Shown: positions 53,301-63,113 of the stretch, piece by piece
Position numbering within the stretch: position 1 is the stretch's first letter
Layout of the letters: each line of letters opens with the position of its first letter
Origin: Sedimentisphaerales bacterium
GTDB lineage: Bacteria > Planctomycetota > Phycisphaerae > Sedimentisphaerales > SM23-30
Length of the DNA: 64,000 bases
NCBI GenBank assembly: GCA_963663805.2
Contig: CAXXMR010000008.1
Coordinates: 226,691-290,690, forward strand
Direction of reading: 5' to 3'
Made by a program: the position numbers and the translations under genes
Notes under the pieces: generated by a model
What the model saw: the letters and a program-made list of their open reading frames with translations, nothing else
The model's database searches: none
What the model was told of the DNA's origin: nothing

Positions 53301-54012
53301 TGGTACGCTGGCGTTTTTTGATGATTCGTCGGTATATGCGACATTGGAGGCATTGCAGGAAGCTGGCAATGCGAAGATTGTTTCTCGGCCTCGTATTCTG
53401 GTGAGTGACAATTTTGGCGATGATGAGAACACTGCGACGATAACGAGTACCCGCTCGGAGCCGACGACGAAGACGACGATTCAAGCGGGTTCTGATACTC
53501 CAATTATCGAGTTTAATGAATATCAGGAAGCTGGTACGACATTGGAGATTGTGCCGCATATCAGCGAAGGCAATTTTCTGCAGCTGGATATTACTTTGAC
53601 GGTTGATAGTTTCGATGGTCAGAGTTCGGGTAATATTCCGCCGCCGAAGTCCAATAATGAATTGACAACTATGGTGACGGTGCCGGACGGCAAGACGATA
53701 ATTCTGGGCGGTCTTACTACTCAGACGAATTCGATAGACGTTAAGAAAGTGCCTGTTTTGGGTGATTTGCCGCTGGTAGGAGCTTTGTTCCGTAATACGG
53801 CCCGTTCGAATATCAATAGTGTGCTGTATGTTTTTGTGCGAGCGCATATCGTACGCAGTCAGGGTGAGAATTCTGAGTTCCAGGATTTGGAGCGGTTATC
53901 CCAACCGGAGATAGATAAGGTTAAGAAAGGCGAGGACGCTTATTACCAGACGCCTTTGATTCCGGGTTTGCCGGCAGAGAAACGTCCGTTGGGTGTGGGG
54001 GTATTTGAGTGA
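50317..54012 (+). CDS. gspD: Type II secretion secretin, very long
   Basis: Repeated N3-type DERTNR motifs, PQVLIEAILV, GTTLEIVPHI, KVPVLGDLPLVGALFR; true start may be downstream of 50317. Confidence 0.9.
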   Translation: MTKHVSDNNRKDGGNASVRWAEKPLGFVVELCRCMFINKRRGAFGLLIICGMLGLCCVYGISGAADGEKSESESAQSSGGGMKTPGLTDEENQRMNKLISDFIVTTDKSELAAIQVEIDKLSELAKLRLAAASESEVEPAGPAVPESDFLVGDENEQMNSLMAAMMAAQAAGDDEQAKAVQDEIDKLMQGALSRQAAKKSEVQSEPKSRSVSKNGLLPSEEKRINTLKMQLKAAHATNDQKKVESIERQIDVLMEGAITRQRKAELGEPSGEDTEASSSSDDAEVDELMAEVEAEVEAAEESSDEAAVEPDSDPSETEEPAGAADEKKNEPVEAVEQALPKLAPPPVIPKPDPQPDDIVKLDLKDDQLDLGMLIETVGKELGFSFLYDNASEQAFKVKLRQYGDVRRGDLLPLLESVLSFSGQTLVREDPFIRVVNKVEATKKATPYMGFGLEMPDIAEGDAVVTQIVPLQYTQTNTAKAFLTNFTPDASGIIDVPGSNQLIITEYAQRLERLLQLIELIDQPGPERALEVMDLEFVKADDVKGQIEELLAALAEQGVLETGGEGAPAPVRIDPRTKRPIRNPASPSTGGSSGKDGPTILVDERTNRLLVVATEDEMDMIQELLDILDIDRPDLEISLEVFTIEYVEAAEIVDQLDSLLEALSDEKASTATTGESGTAAAAPAAVKAPQPVRSRTSRTRDSGDKRTGPFLLADERTNRVLMVGTDEQVDQIEDLLFVLDVPPVEYGQQELFIHQPQYVEAEEVRRILDDLEITRSTRQSARDRARTFERGRTPDMRARTTGDENNNDGGFFGAEEPDVRIAIQESTNRIFIMATAKQLKDIREIMEYIDIEPEDRLGAIKIYKLENRDPESVQEMLTELMESKQEVMQGEQNVNVPGREGAPIIVALKDIHAVAVRGTKTQHEEIAAIIEQLDERLPQVLIEAILVQINADDILKVGISLKDKWELGGSRMISGISPFPLGELTQSDNNIVSGTGGTLAFFDDSSVYATLEALQEAGNAKIVSRPRILVSDNFGDDENTATITSTRSEPTTKTTIQAGSDTPIIEFNEYQEAGTTLEIVPHISEGNFLQLDITLTVDSFDGQSSGNIPPPKSNNELTTMVTVPDGKTIILGGLTTQTNSIDVKKVPVLGDLPLVGALFRNTARSNINSVLYVFVRAHIVRSQGENSEFQDLERLSQPEIDKVKKGEDAYYQTPLIPGLPAEKRPLGVGVFE

Positions 54013-54125
54013 AGAAGGCATGAGGCAAGAGGGAAGAGGCAAGAGTGACCGGCCAGGTGCCGCCTTTGGCGGGCTGGTTTATTTTAACGGCGGCGGCTTT
54101 AGTCGCTGATATGAAATAGAGTGTT

Positions 54126-55820
54126 ATGAAGGAAAAACTGATAGCAATCGCGGAGCGGACTAACCTGGTTGAGGCTGGGTCGTTGAAAGCGTTTTTCGCT
54201 CAACATGCCAATGACAAGCGGCCTTTGGATAAGCAGCTTCTACAATCGAGCGGTTTTACGGAAGAGCAGGTTCTGCGTCTTTTTGGCGAGCTGCTTGATG
54301 TCCCTTATATTGAGAAGCTCAAGGCCGGCGATGTTCCGGGTGAGTTTGTGGCTTTGGTACCGCCGCCTTTTGCTCAGCATCACAGCATCATCGCGTCGCA
54401 TCTGGAAGATTCGGTGATGACGATCGCGACTTGCAAGCCTCTGGAGATGTATGCTCTGGATAATGCCAGTAAGATGCTGGGCTGTGCGGTTCGGCCTGCT
54501 TTGGCGATTCAGGCTACGATTAACAGTACGATAAACGCCGCTTATGAGCAGCGGGTGACGGTTTTGGAAGATGTGGCGGGTGAGGTTGACGCTCATAATA
54601 TTCAGGGTCTTATCGGTGATGTTACGAGCTCGGAAGATTTGCTGGATGTGGTGAACCGTCCGCCGGTGATTCGGCTGGTGAACGATATACTGTTTCGGGC
54701 TTTGCAGTTGCGGACTTCCGATGTGCATATTCATCCGTTCGAGCAGAAGGTGATAGTGCGGTATCGGATTGATGGTTTGATGTACGATATGCTGACGCTG
54801 GACTATCGGGTGTTGCCGGTGATTGTCTCTCGTATCAAGGTTATGGCGGGGATGGACATCGCGGAGAGGCGGATGCCACAGGATGGCCGCTGTTCGGTTA
54901 AGATTGGTCCGCGTGAGGTTGATTTGCGGGTATCGACGGTGCCGACTGCTTATGGCGAGCGCAGTGTATTGCGTCTTTTGGATAAGAGTACGGGTGTTTA
55001 TTCGCTGGATGATTTGGGGATGGCTGAGGGGGATTTGACGCGGATAGACAAACTTCTGCTGCGGCCTCACGGGGTGTTTTTTGTGACGGGTCCGACGGGC
55101 AGCGGTAAGACGACGACGCTATATAGTTTTCTGCGGCAGATTGACGCGACGGAAAAGAATATTATTACGATTGAAGACCCGATTGAGTATCAGCTGGACG
55201 GCATCAGTCAAATTCAGGTGGCTGAGAAGAAGGGTATGACATTTGTTACGGCTTTGCGGCATGTGGTGCGGCAGGACCCGGATGTTATCATGGTGGGTGA
55301 GGTTCGCGACGAGGAAACGGCCCGGATGGTGATTCAGTCGTCGCTGACGGGTCATCTGGTGTTTAGTACGGTGCATACGAATGACGCGGCGGGTACGATT
55401 ACGCGAATTATCGATTTGGGGGTTGAGCCTTATCTGGTGGCAAGTTCGGTTATTGCGGTTTTGGCTCAGCGGCTGGTGCGTCGTTTGTGTCCGAAATGTC
55501 GAAAGGTGGTGGAGGCTGATTCGCAGCGGATGCGGGAGCTGGGGATAGGTTTTGGCGCGTTTGAGCAGGTATGGCAGGCGGGTGGCTGCGAGGAATGTTT
55601 TCAGACGGGATATAGGGGACGTACAGGGATATATGAGTTGATGAATGTGGATGATGATATTCGTCAGTGCATTTATCAGCGGAGTACCTCCGGCGAGATT
55701 AAGAAGGCTGCTCTGGCGGCGGGGATGAGTACTTTGCGGATGGATGGTTTGCGGCGTGTGGAAGAAGGGTTGACATCGCTGGAGGAGATTTTGCGGGTAG
55801 CTCAGGCGGATGATATTTGA
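54126..55820 (+). CDS. gspE: T2SS ATPase
   Basis: GPTGSGKTTT, TIEDPIE, RQDPDVIMVGEVRD, CPKC..CEEC. Confidence 0.95.
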   Translation: MKEKLIAIAERTNLVEAGSLKAFFAQHANDKRPLDKQLLQSSGFTEEQVLRLFGELLDVPYIEKLKAGDVPGEFVALVPPPFAQHHSIIASHLEDSVMTIATCKPLEMYALDNASKMLGCAVRPALAIQATINSTINAAYEQRVTVLEDVAGEVDAHNIQGLIGDVTSSEDLLDVVNRPPVIRLVNDILFRALQLRTSDVHIHPFEQKVIVRYRIDGLMYDMLTLDYRVLPVIVSRIKVMAGMDIAERRMPQDGRCSVKIGPREVDLRVSTVPTAYGERSVLRLLDKSTGVYSLDDLGMAEGDLTRIDKLLLRPHGVFFVTGPTGSGKTTTLYSFLRQIDATEKNIITIEDPIEYQLDGISQIQVAEKKGMTFVTALRHVVRQDPDVIMVGEVRDEETARMVIQSSLTGHLVFSTVHTNDAAGTITRIIDLGVEPYLVASSVIAVLAQRLVRRLCPKCRKVVEADSQRMRELGIGFGAFEQVWQAGGCEECFQTGYRGRTGIYELMNVDDDIRQCIYQRSTSGEIKKAALAAGMSTLRMDGLRRVEEGLTSLEEILRVAQADDI

Positions 55821-56048
55821 TTTAAGAAGGCATGAGGCATGAGGCAGAAGTGAACGGCGTGGTTTCGACCTGCGGTCGAGATTTGAATGATTAACGGCGA
55901 GGTGCGGTCTTGCGACCGGGTAGTTTTACTTAACGACACCGCTTACTAACGTGCGCGGCTCTGATGTGTGGATGCTAGTGATTTGAGTGACAACTTATAA
56001 TCAGGACTTGACACGGCGTGTTTTTTTGGGAAATAGTAAAGGGCGCTA

Positions 56049-57269
56049 ATGCCTACTTTTGAATATATAGCATTGGATCGGGCGGGTAAGCAGTCTCGTG
56101 GTACGCTGGCAGCGGAGTCGGCATCGGCGGCACGTCGGCAGTTGCGTGACCGTAGGCTTCATGCGACGAAATTGCGGCCTGTGAGTGAGCTGGCGGGGCA
56201 GGGCGGTTTTTCGCTGGGGAATATATTTCGGGGTAAGCGGCGGCGGCTGGTGCTGGAGTTTACGCGTCAGCTGGCGACGATGATTCAGGCTGAAGTGAAA
56301 CTGACCGAAGCTCTGGGGGTTTTGATAAGTCAGGCGGAAGACGAGAAGTTTTCGCCGATTATTCAGAATATTCGGGACCAGGTTTTGTCGGGTGAGACTC
56401 TGGCTGATGGTCTGAAGGAATATCCGGGCTGGTTTGACAGTATTTACGTGGCGATGGTTAAGGTGGGTGAGGTTACGGGTAATCTGGGCCGGTCGCTGCA
56501 ACTGCTGGGGGATTATATGGGTAAGAGTCAGCGGCTGGAAGCTAAGGTTAAGTCGGCGTTGATGTATCCGCTTATTTTGATTTGTATTTCGCTGCTGGTG
56601 ATTGTGCTGCTGATGACGGTTATTGTGCCGAAAATCACGAAGATTATTGTGCAGAGCGGCAAGGAGATACCGGGGATAACTCAGTTTTTGATGGACTTCA
56701 GTGATTTGCTGGTGGGGTATTGGTGGCTGTTTATATTGGGCGGGGTTGGTTTGGCGTGGCTGGTGCGGCAGACTTTGTCGCGGCCTGCGGGTCGGCTGGC
56801 GTTTGACCGGTTTAATTTACGTCTGCCGGTGATTGGCGAGCTGATACGTCAGACGATTGTGGCTCGTTTTACTTCCACGCTTTCGGCTTTGATACGCAGC
56901 GGGATGCCGATGGCGGACAGTTTGCAGGTGGTGTCGGAAGTTACGGGTAATTCGGTGATGGCTCACGCGGTTCGTTTGGCGCGGGAGCGGATTATCGCCG
57001 GTGCCGATATTGCTACGCCTTTACGGGAAAGTAATGTGATTGGTCCGGCGGTGGCGCACATGATAACGGTGGGCGAGCGGACGGGTGAACTGGAAGCGAT
57101 GCTGTTGACGATCGCGGCGAGTATCGAAGAAGATACGGATATTACAGTACAGAGGATAAGTTCGACAATCGAGCCTATCATTATTGTGTTTATAGCGGTT
57201 ATAGTTGGTTTTATATGTATCGCTACGCTGATGCCGATTTTGCAGGTCGCGAATCTGAGCGGAGCGTAA
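56049..57269 (+). CDS. gspF: T2SS inner-membrane platform protein
   Basis: FTRQLATM, GEVTGNL, ALMYP, GERTGEL, IEPII. Confidence 0.95.
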   Translation: MPTFEYIALDRAGKQSRGTLAAESASAARRQLRDRRLHATKLRPVSELAGQGGFSLGNIFRGKRRRLVLEFTRQLATMIQAEVKLTEALGVLISQAEDEKFSPIIQNIRDQVLSGETLADGLKEYPGWFDSIYVAMVKVGEVTGNLGRSLQLLGDYMGKSQRLEAKVKSALMYPLILICISLLVIVLLMTVIVPKITKIIVQSGKEIPGITQFLMDFSDLLVGYWWLFILGGVGLAWLVRQTLSRPAGRLAFDRFNLRLPVIGELIRQTIVARFTSTLSALIRSGMPMADSLQVVSEVTGNSVMAHAVRLARERIIAGADIATPLRESNVIGPAVAHMITVGERTGELEAMLLTIAASIEEDTDITVQRISSTIEPIIIVFIAVIVGFICIATLMPILQVANLSGA

Positions 57270-57318
57270 GCGGTATATCAGAGAGAGTTTAATGTACATT
57301 AGATACAGGAGAAGTAGT

Positions 57319-57786
57319 ATGACAACTTTAGTGAGAAAGTGGAATGGCCGAAGCAATCGGGGTTTTACCCTGGTCGAGCTGATGGTGGTAATTGTGATTC
57401 TGGCTTTGCTGGCGGGTCTGGTGGGTAATAATGTTATGGGTTATATCGCCAAGGCGAAGATTACGACGGCTCGCTCTCAAATCAAGATGTTTGAAGGTGC
57501 GATAAGTGCTTTTAAGCTGGATACAGGTCACTACCCTGATAACGCCGATGGTTTATACGCTCTGATTGAAGAGCCGCCGGGTGTTACAGGCTGGAATAGT
57601 GAAGGTTATCTGGAAAACATGAATGATATACCGAAAGACCCGTGGGGCGGTGACTATTATTATCAGTATCCGGGCGATTACGCGAAGTTTGATATTTGGT
57701 CCTACGGTGCTGATGGTCAGGAAGGCGGCGAAGATGAAGATGCCGACATATACAACAGTGACATCGCGGGCAGTGAACAGGAATAG
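57319..57786 (+). CDS. gspG: Major pseudopilin
   Basis: RGFTLVELMVV, FKLDTGHYP, PKDPWG, SYGADGQEGG. Confidence 0.95.
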   Translation: MTTLVRKWNGRSNRGFTLVELMVVIVILALLAGLVGNNVMGYIAKAKITTARSQIKMFEGAISAFKLDTGHYPDNADGLYALIEEPPGVTGWNSEGYLENMNDIPKDPWGGDYYYQYPGDYAKFDIWSYGADGQEGGEDEDADIYNSDIAGSEQE

Positions 57787-58327
57787 TGTTTTGCGACGTT
57801 CGTCTGGTCATACTCTGCTGGAAGCAATGTTCGCGGTGGCGATTATGGCGTTGCTGTTTGGTGTAATAGCGGTTGATATGGTTGGTTCGGATCGTCGCAG
57901 TCTGATGGAAGCGGATTTGGCCCGTTTTACGCGTACTCTGACAGTGATGGCGGAGCAGGCGGTATTGCGTGGCAAGCCGCTAATGATAATCATTGATGTT
58001 ACGGAAGGTTACTATACGGTTTATGAGGCGGACGCGGATGGCGAGCCGGTAGACCTGGATGAGCCGGTGCTGGACCCGGATGTTCTGGATAAGTCATATA
58101 TTTATGAGGCTGAGCTGGAGGACGGGACTCGGCAGCTAAGCGGTGAGTTGATTCTTTACGCTGGTCCGCAGGGTTGGGAGACTTCGGCTTTGTTTCATCT
58201 GAAGGGCATTTTCGGGCGTGAGCGGTGGCTGAGGCTGGACCGTTTGACGGTTCATGTAATGACTAAAAATGAGCCGTTGTTCCTGCCGGAGACTTTTACG
58301 GAATTGTCGATACATCGTTCGTTGTGA
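57773..58327 (+). CDS. gspH: Minor pseudopilin (GspH-like)
   Basis: SGHTLLEAMFAVAIMALL; start codon uncertain. Confidence 0.7.
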   Translation: MNRNSVLRRSSGHTLLEAMFAVAIMALLFGVIAVDMVGSDRRSLMEADLARFTRTLTVMAEQAVLRGKPLMIIIDVTEGYYTVYEADADGEPVDLDEPVLDPDVLDKSYIYEAELEDGTRQLSGELILYAGPQGWETSALFHLKGIFGRERWLRLDRLTVHVMTKNEPLFLPETFTELSIHRSL

Positions 58328-58361
58328 TATTTAACGGCAGGCAAGAGATAAGGCAAAAGGC

Positions 58362-59036
58362 ATGAGGTATGAGTGGAACGGTTTGGATTGGCTTTTGGTG
58401 AGGGGGCGGTTCATTCTGCCGGGCGGACGGTTTGGGCGGGTGCGTTCGCTGGGCTTTACGCTTGTCGAAGTGATGGCGACGGTTGTGATTATGGCGATTA
58501 TGCTGGGTGGGGTGCTGCTGGCGATAAATCGTACTACCGAGACGGTAATGGGTCAGGCCCTGAAAGAGCGGGCGTTGGCGGTTGCTCAGCGTCAGATGGA
58601 ACTTCTTCTGGCAAGTCGTCAGGAGCCGGAGACGGCAGATATGATGGGCGAGGATGAGCTTGACCCGTTGTTTGTCTGGCGGATGGATTTGCGGCGGATA
58701 ACTCTGGGGGGGGAATCGCCTAAGCCGGATTTGTCCAATACGGTTATCGAAGCGAAAATCGAAGTTGAAGATGATGATATGCTGGGCGAAAGAAGCACCA
58801 AGGTTGAACTGGTGCGTTATTTTTCTCAGCTTAAACCGATACCAGGTCATGCGATCGCGGTGCCGCTGTCGCAGGTGGTCGAAGAGCCGCTATGGTATCT
58901 GGAACTGCGGGCGAAGCTGGGGCGTGACCCTACGCCGGACGAGGTTATCGCAGAACTGATTCGGGCGGGTGAGCTGGATATGCCGGCGGTTCAGGAGGAG
59001 AGCGATGAGAATGTTGAGGAAGTTGAGGAGGAGTAA
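58362..59036 (+). CDS. gspI: Minor pseudopilin (GspI-like)
   Basis: GFTLVEVMATVVIMA; gene order. Confidence 0.7.
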   Translation: MRYEWNGLDWLLVRGRFILPGGRFGRVRSLGFTLVEVMATVVIMAIMLGGVLLAINRTTETVMGQALKERALAVAQRQMELLLASRQEPETADMMGEDELDPLFVWRMDLRRITLGGESPKPDLSNTVIEAKIEVEDDDMLGERSTKVELVRYFSQLKPIPGHAIAVPLSQVVEEPLWYLELRAKLGRDPTPDEVIAELIRAGELDMPAVQEESDENVEEVEEE

Positions 59037-59082
59037 CGGCAGGCAAGAGGGATGAGGCAAGAGGGATGAGGCAAGAGGGAAT

Positions 59083-59727
59083 ATGAAGCGTTCGGGTTTT
59101 TCGATAATTGAGATTTTGGCGACACTGGTGCTGGCGGCTATGCTGAGCGCGGCGGTGCTGGAGGTGCTGAATCAGATAACCCGGAATAGTCATGATGTGG
59201 AAGATGATTTGACCCGGCAGGCGGCGGCGAATTTTGCTTTGGACCGGCTGTGCGAGGATATAACGATGGCGGCTGACAGTGATTTGCAGATTTCGATAGA
59301 AAACGCTTATGTCGATGGTCATGAAACCTCACAGTTGACGATAGCTGGTTCGTCCGAAGGCGGCGGTGATAAATCGATGCAGATAGACTGGCTGGCGGTG
59401 GCTCGATATGACGAGATGGATATGGTGCTTTTTCGGCGGCAGCTAACCCCAGGAAAAAAAGATGGCGACGAGGATGTTTATGTGCCGCTATGTGAAGGCT
59501 TGAATACTTTTCTGGTGCTGCCTCTGGATGTTGAAGGCGAGCCGATAGAAATTTTTCTGGATGGTTCGACTCCGGATTTGCTGGAAGTTACGGTTGAGTT
59601 GTTTCGCACGGGCATACCCAATCCCGACAGGGTTGTTTTGTTGCGGCGGACGATGTGTCTGGATCGGTTTGGTGATGGGACAAAGGATGATAAGAGGCAA
59701 GAGGCATTAGGCAAGAGGCAAGAGTGA
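59083..59727 (+). CDS. gspJ: Minor pseudopilin (GspJ-like)
   Basis: MKRSGFSIIEIL; gene order. Confidence 0.7.
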   Translation: MKRSGFSIIEILATLVLAAMLSAAVLEVLNQITRNSHDVEDDLTRQAAANFALDRLCEDITMAADSDLQISIENAYVDGHETSQLTIAGSSEGGGDKSMQIDWLAVARYDEMDMVLFRRQLTPGKKDGDEDVYVPLCEGLNTFLVLPLDVEGEPIEIFLDGSTPDLLEVTVELFRTGIPNPDRVVLLRRTMCLDRFGDGTKDDKRQEALGKRQE

Positions 59728-59860
59728 ACGGCGAGGTACCGCCTTTGGCGGGTTGGTTTATTTAACGGCAGGCATTAGGCAAGAGTGAAAGGCGAGGTAT
59801 CGACCTGCGGTCGAGGGTAATTGACGGCAGGGTTTACGGGTTTGGTAAGATATTGAGATA

Positions 59861-61057
59861 ATGGTTATGCGGCGACGGATTGGTCGAAAAACTGGGTTTA
59901 CGCTGATGCTTACGCTGTTCGCGTTGGTCGTGCTGGCGACATTGTCGGTGCAATATCAGGCGGATACGGCGGTTCATGCGCGTTCGAGCAGTTTTCGCCG
60001 GGAAAAAACTCAATGTCGCTATGCGGCGGAGTCGGGGATTATCGCAGGGATCATGCTGGTTCAGCAGGCTATCAAGGAGCAGGCGGAAAAGATTAGAGAT
60101 TCTCGCACGGCAGCGGCCAGCGGCGAGCAGACGACAACTGACGCGGCGGCGGGGCTGGACCTGAACGACTGGGAAGACCCCAATGTTACGGAATATCTGG
60201 AACAGCAGGAGCGCTCGTTTGTAATTAAAGAAGAAACGATTCAGGTGGGTGAGGCTGAAGTTACGCTGGAGATTCACGATGAGAGTGCCAAGTGGCCGGT
60301 AATGTGGGTTTTCGCCAGTCCTTTCGGGGCGGGTACTTCGAGTGTTAAGCCTGATACTCAGGTGGCGAATCTGGGTGAGAGTCTGGATTTGGAAAGTGAA
60401 GTGGCGGAGTTGGCGATGGATTTGATTCGTGAGATTGGCAAGCCGGCAAGTCTTCCGCCGGCGGAGTTTACGATAACATTATCAAGAGGTCGTTCGTCGG
60501 TTAGTACCAACAGCCGACTACGGGGCAGGTCAACCAGCAGCAGTGTGGTGACCCGTCGTCGTCATTTGGGCTATACCAAGCGAGTCGAAGAAGGTGACCA
60601 GCGTCGCGAAAGCATGGGTGAGTTTGCCAAACAGTTGCAGCATGAGCTTCATTATAATTCGGAATACTCATTTCTGAAAGAACCGTTGTTTGAGGATGGC
60701 GACCGGTTTGTGGATTATCTGGGTCCGTGGGGTCATAATAAAATCAATATCAATACGGCACCGAAACGGGTGATGCTGGCGGCATTTAGCGGGTTGGGTT
60801 TTACCGAGTCGATGGCTGAGGCGGTGGTGTCCCGTCGGGAGACGATGATGTTCGCCAGTACCAGCGAGCTTCGGGAGCTGGCTTTGATAGATGACGATGT
60901 TCGCAGCAAGGTTACGCCTTTGTGTACGACGGGCAGCGATACATTTTCGGTGCATGTGACAGCCCGGCTGGGCAGGACGAGTATGAAACTTAACGCGGGC
61001 GTTTACCGTAATACGACAGGCAAACTGAAAACCGCGGCGATAAATCCAGGAGATTGA
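59861..61057 (+). CDS. gspK: Pseudopilin GspK
   Basis: GFTLML without Glu+5, DESAK, KININTAP. Confidence 0.85.
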   Translation: MVMRRRIGRKTGFTLMLTLFALVVLATLSVQYQADTAVHARSSSFRREKTQCRYAAESGIIAGIMLVQQAIKEQAEKIRDSRTAAASGEQTTTDAAAGLDLNDWEDPNVTEYLEQQERSFVIKEETIQVGEAEVTLEIHDESAKWPVMWVFASPFGAGTSSVKPDTQVANLGESLDLESEVAELAMDLIREIGKPASLPPAEFTITLSRGRSSVSTNSRLRGRSTSSSVVTRRRHLGYTKRVEEGDQRRESMGEFAKQLQHELHYNSEYSFLKEPLFEDGDRFVDYLGPWGHNKININTAPKRVMLAAFSGLGFTESMAEAVVSRRETMMFASTSELRELALIDDDVRSKVTPLCTTGSDTFSVHVTARLGRTSMKLNAGVYRNTTGKLKTAAINPGD

Positions 61058-62550
61058 AATTGGCAGAAAGTAAATGTTTAGGAATTCACTATGCTCGCGA
61101 TGCTCTGACAGCGGTTATGCTGGAGAGGCAGGGTGATAAGTCAACGATTACCGATTGCTGGCAGCTTCCGTTTTCGTCTGAAGAGCAGTTAGGGCTGAAC
61201 GAGTTTGTCAGTGAGTTGTCGGGTCAGATTCGGGAGCGTTATCCGAACAAGGTTTCGGCGACGGCTCTGTCGCTGGGCGGGCGTTTGTATCAGACGGTTC
61301 AGCATCACTCTGATTTTGTCGAGACGCGGCAGATAATGCAGACTTTGCGTTATGACATTGAGGTGGAATTCGCGACGGACGCGGACGCAATTGCGGTGAG
61401 TTTTCAGAAGCTGCCCAACGGTGGTAATGTTGAGGACGGCTGTGATTTGATTGTGCATACAGCCCGTCGGGATGAGCTGACATCTCTGCTGGAGGGTTTT
61501 GAGGCCGCCGGTGTTGATGCGCTTATCGCTGAAGCGGATTTGAGTTCATGGATGCACTGGCTGAAAGATGAAGGGGTGCTGCGTGAGAGTGAGTCGTGTC
61601 TGTATCTGGCCTGGACCGCTGAAACGCTTTATTTGCTGGCGGTCGATGACAAATGCAATCCGCTTCTGGCCCGCAGTTACGTTTGTCCGTCGGTTGAGCA
61701 GGCTTCTGAGGTTCTCGGCTCTGAACTCAAACGCAGTTTGATAATGCTGGGTGAGGAAAGTCAGCCGGGCAAGGTTTATTATCATTCCGAGAATTTTATT
61801 CCTGACCTTTGTAAACTTGTTCAGGAGGCTGTGGGTGTGACTCCCGCTGAACTGAGCGAAACTAATGTTCGCAAGGCATTTGCCGCTGGTGTGGCCATTG
61901 GATATCTCAATGGCGGCGAGGTGGCGGATTTTCGGTTGGACGGGCTGGAGCCGCATTCTATGGTTGAGTCGCGGAAGCGTGGTTATTACGGTTTGTCGGC
62001 GGCGATTATATTGTTTTTTCTGGCGTTGAGTTTTGTGATGCAGCTTAACGAGAATCGTTTTGTCAAGGTGCAAAATCAGGTTGACAGTGAGATTATTCAG
62101 GCGTGGCAGGACACACATCCGGGTCAGAAAATGCCGCGGAATCAGAGTGCGGGGCAATTGACGCGTGATATAAATAATCTTTACGCGAATTTGCGGAAGC
62201 AGAAACTTCAGCAGGAATCTCAGGTGGTGTCGGGTTCAGCCAGTCGGACGTTTATGGTGGCTTTGGACGCGTTGAACAGCCTGCCGGAGAAGTTTGATTT
62301 GCAGATTGATACGCTGCGGACGCAGGCGGAAGTGGTGAATATATCGGGCAGTGTGCCGGAACTGGCGGACCAGATAGCCTTGGAGGCGGCCTTAAAGAGG
62401 CATGAGAGCATAACCATCGAAAACTGGGATTTTACGCAGAGCGGTTCGGGCAATCGCAACGACCCGACCAGTCGCCGGCAGTTTAATATGGCGATGAAGG
62501 TGGCTCAGGAAAGTAAAACCGCTAATCAGGATAAGGACGAAAATGAATAA
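61054..62550 (+). CDS. gspL: GspL-like protein
   Basis: Actin-like cytoplasmic part (CLGIHY...), single TM, periplasmic domain; position after gspK. Confidence 0.65.
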   Translation: MKLAESKCLGIHYARDALTAVMLERQGDKSTITDCWQLPFSSEEQLGLNEFVSELSGQIRERYPNKVSATALSLGGRLYQTVQHHSDFVETRQIMQTLRYDIEVEFATDADAIAVSFQKLPNGGNVEDGCDLIVHTARRDELTSLLEGFEAAGVDALIAEADLSSWMHWLKDEGVLRESESCLYLAWTAETLYLLAVDDKCNPLLARSYVCPSVEQASEVLGSELKRSLIMLGEESQPGKVYYHSENFIPDLCKLVQEAVGVTPAELSETNVRKAFAAGVAIGYLNGGEVADFRLDGLEPHSMVESRKRGYYGLSAAIILFFLALSFVMQLNENRFVKVQNQVDSEIIQAWQDTHPGQKMPRNQSAGQLTRDINNLYANLRKQKLQQESQVVSGSASRTFMVALDALNSLPEKFDLQIDTLRTQAEVVNISGSVPELADQIALEAALKRHESITIENWDFTQSGSGNRNDPTSRRQFNMAMKVAQESKTANQDKDENE

Positions 62551-63061
62551 AGAGAATCTGAAAAATCCGAAGTTATGGTCTATTGTCGTGCCGATACTGC
62601 TGTTTTTCTATGCTGTTAGTTCGACCTCAGCGATGTTTCGTGAGCGGGGTCTGGCGAATAACCGTATCGGTAGTTACTCCAAAGTAATGAAGCAGGCCTC
62701 TTTGATAAAATCCATGCGTGAGAAAAAGGGGGACGCCAGCGGGGAATACGGCAGTATGTATTTTGATGGGGTTGATTCGGCGAATCGTTGTGCGCAGATT
62801 GCGCTGGTTTTGCCGGGCCAGTTTCGGCGGGGCGAGTTTAGCAAGCCGACTGAGCAAAAGGACGGGACGATCGAGCATCGTGAGACTTATAATCTTAATG
62901 GTGTCAAGCTGCTGCAGGTGGCTCAGTTTATTGATTACGCGGAGCGCAATTTTGACGGGGTGCGTTGCACGGTTTTGAGTGTAAGTCATTCTCAGGGCAA
63001 GAGCAAGGATAACTGGGACGCGACTTTGACGATTGTGTATCGTCGGCCGCAGGAGGGGTAA
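62543..63061 (+). CDS. GspM-like protein
   Basis: N-terminal TM, L.GV.L.QV.QFI motif, last gene of the operon. Confidence 0.55.
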   Translation: MNKENLKNPKLWSIVVPILLFFYAVSSTSAMFRERGLANNRIGSYSKVMKQASLIKSMREKKGDASGEYGSMYFDGVDSANRCAQIALVLPGQFRRGEFSKPTEQKDGTIEHRETYNLNGVKLLQVAQFIDYAERNFDGVRCTVLSVSHSQGKSKDNWDATLTIVYRRPQEG

Positions 63062-63113
63062 GTCCCAAAATCAATTTGTGGTGCTGTTTAGGGTTACGAT
63101 TAGAGGGAGGGTG

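Noticed and set aside
51961..53847. 628-aa antisense ORF and similar shadow ORFs
   Set aside because: By-product of codon bias opposite gspD; no recognisable motifs
57800..57830. His instead of Phe at +1 of the GspH-like pseudopilin
   Set aside because: Variation at +1 is common in minor pseudopilins; Gly-1 and Glu+5 are intact
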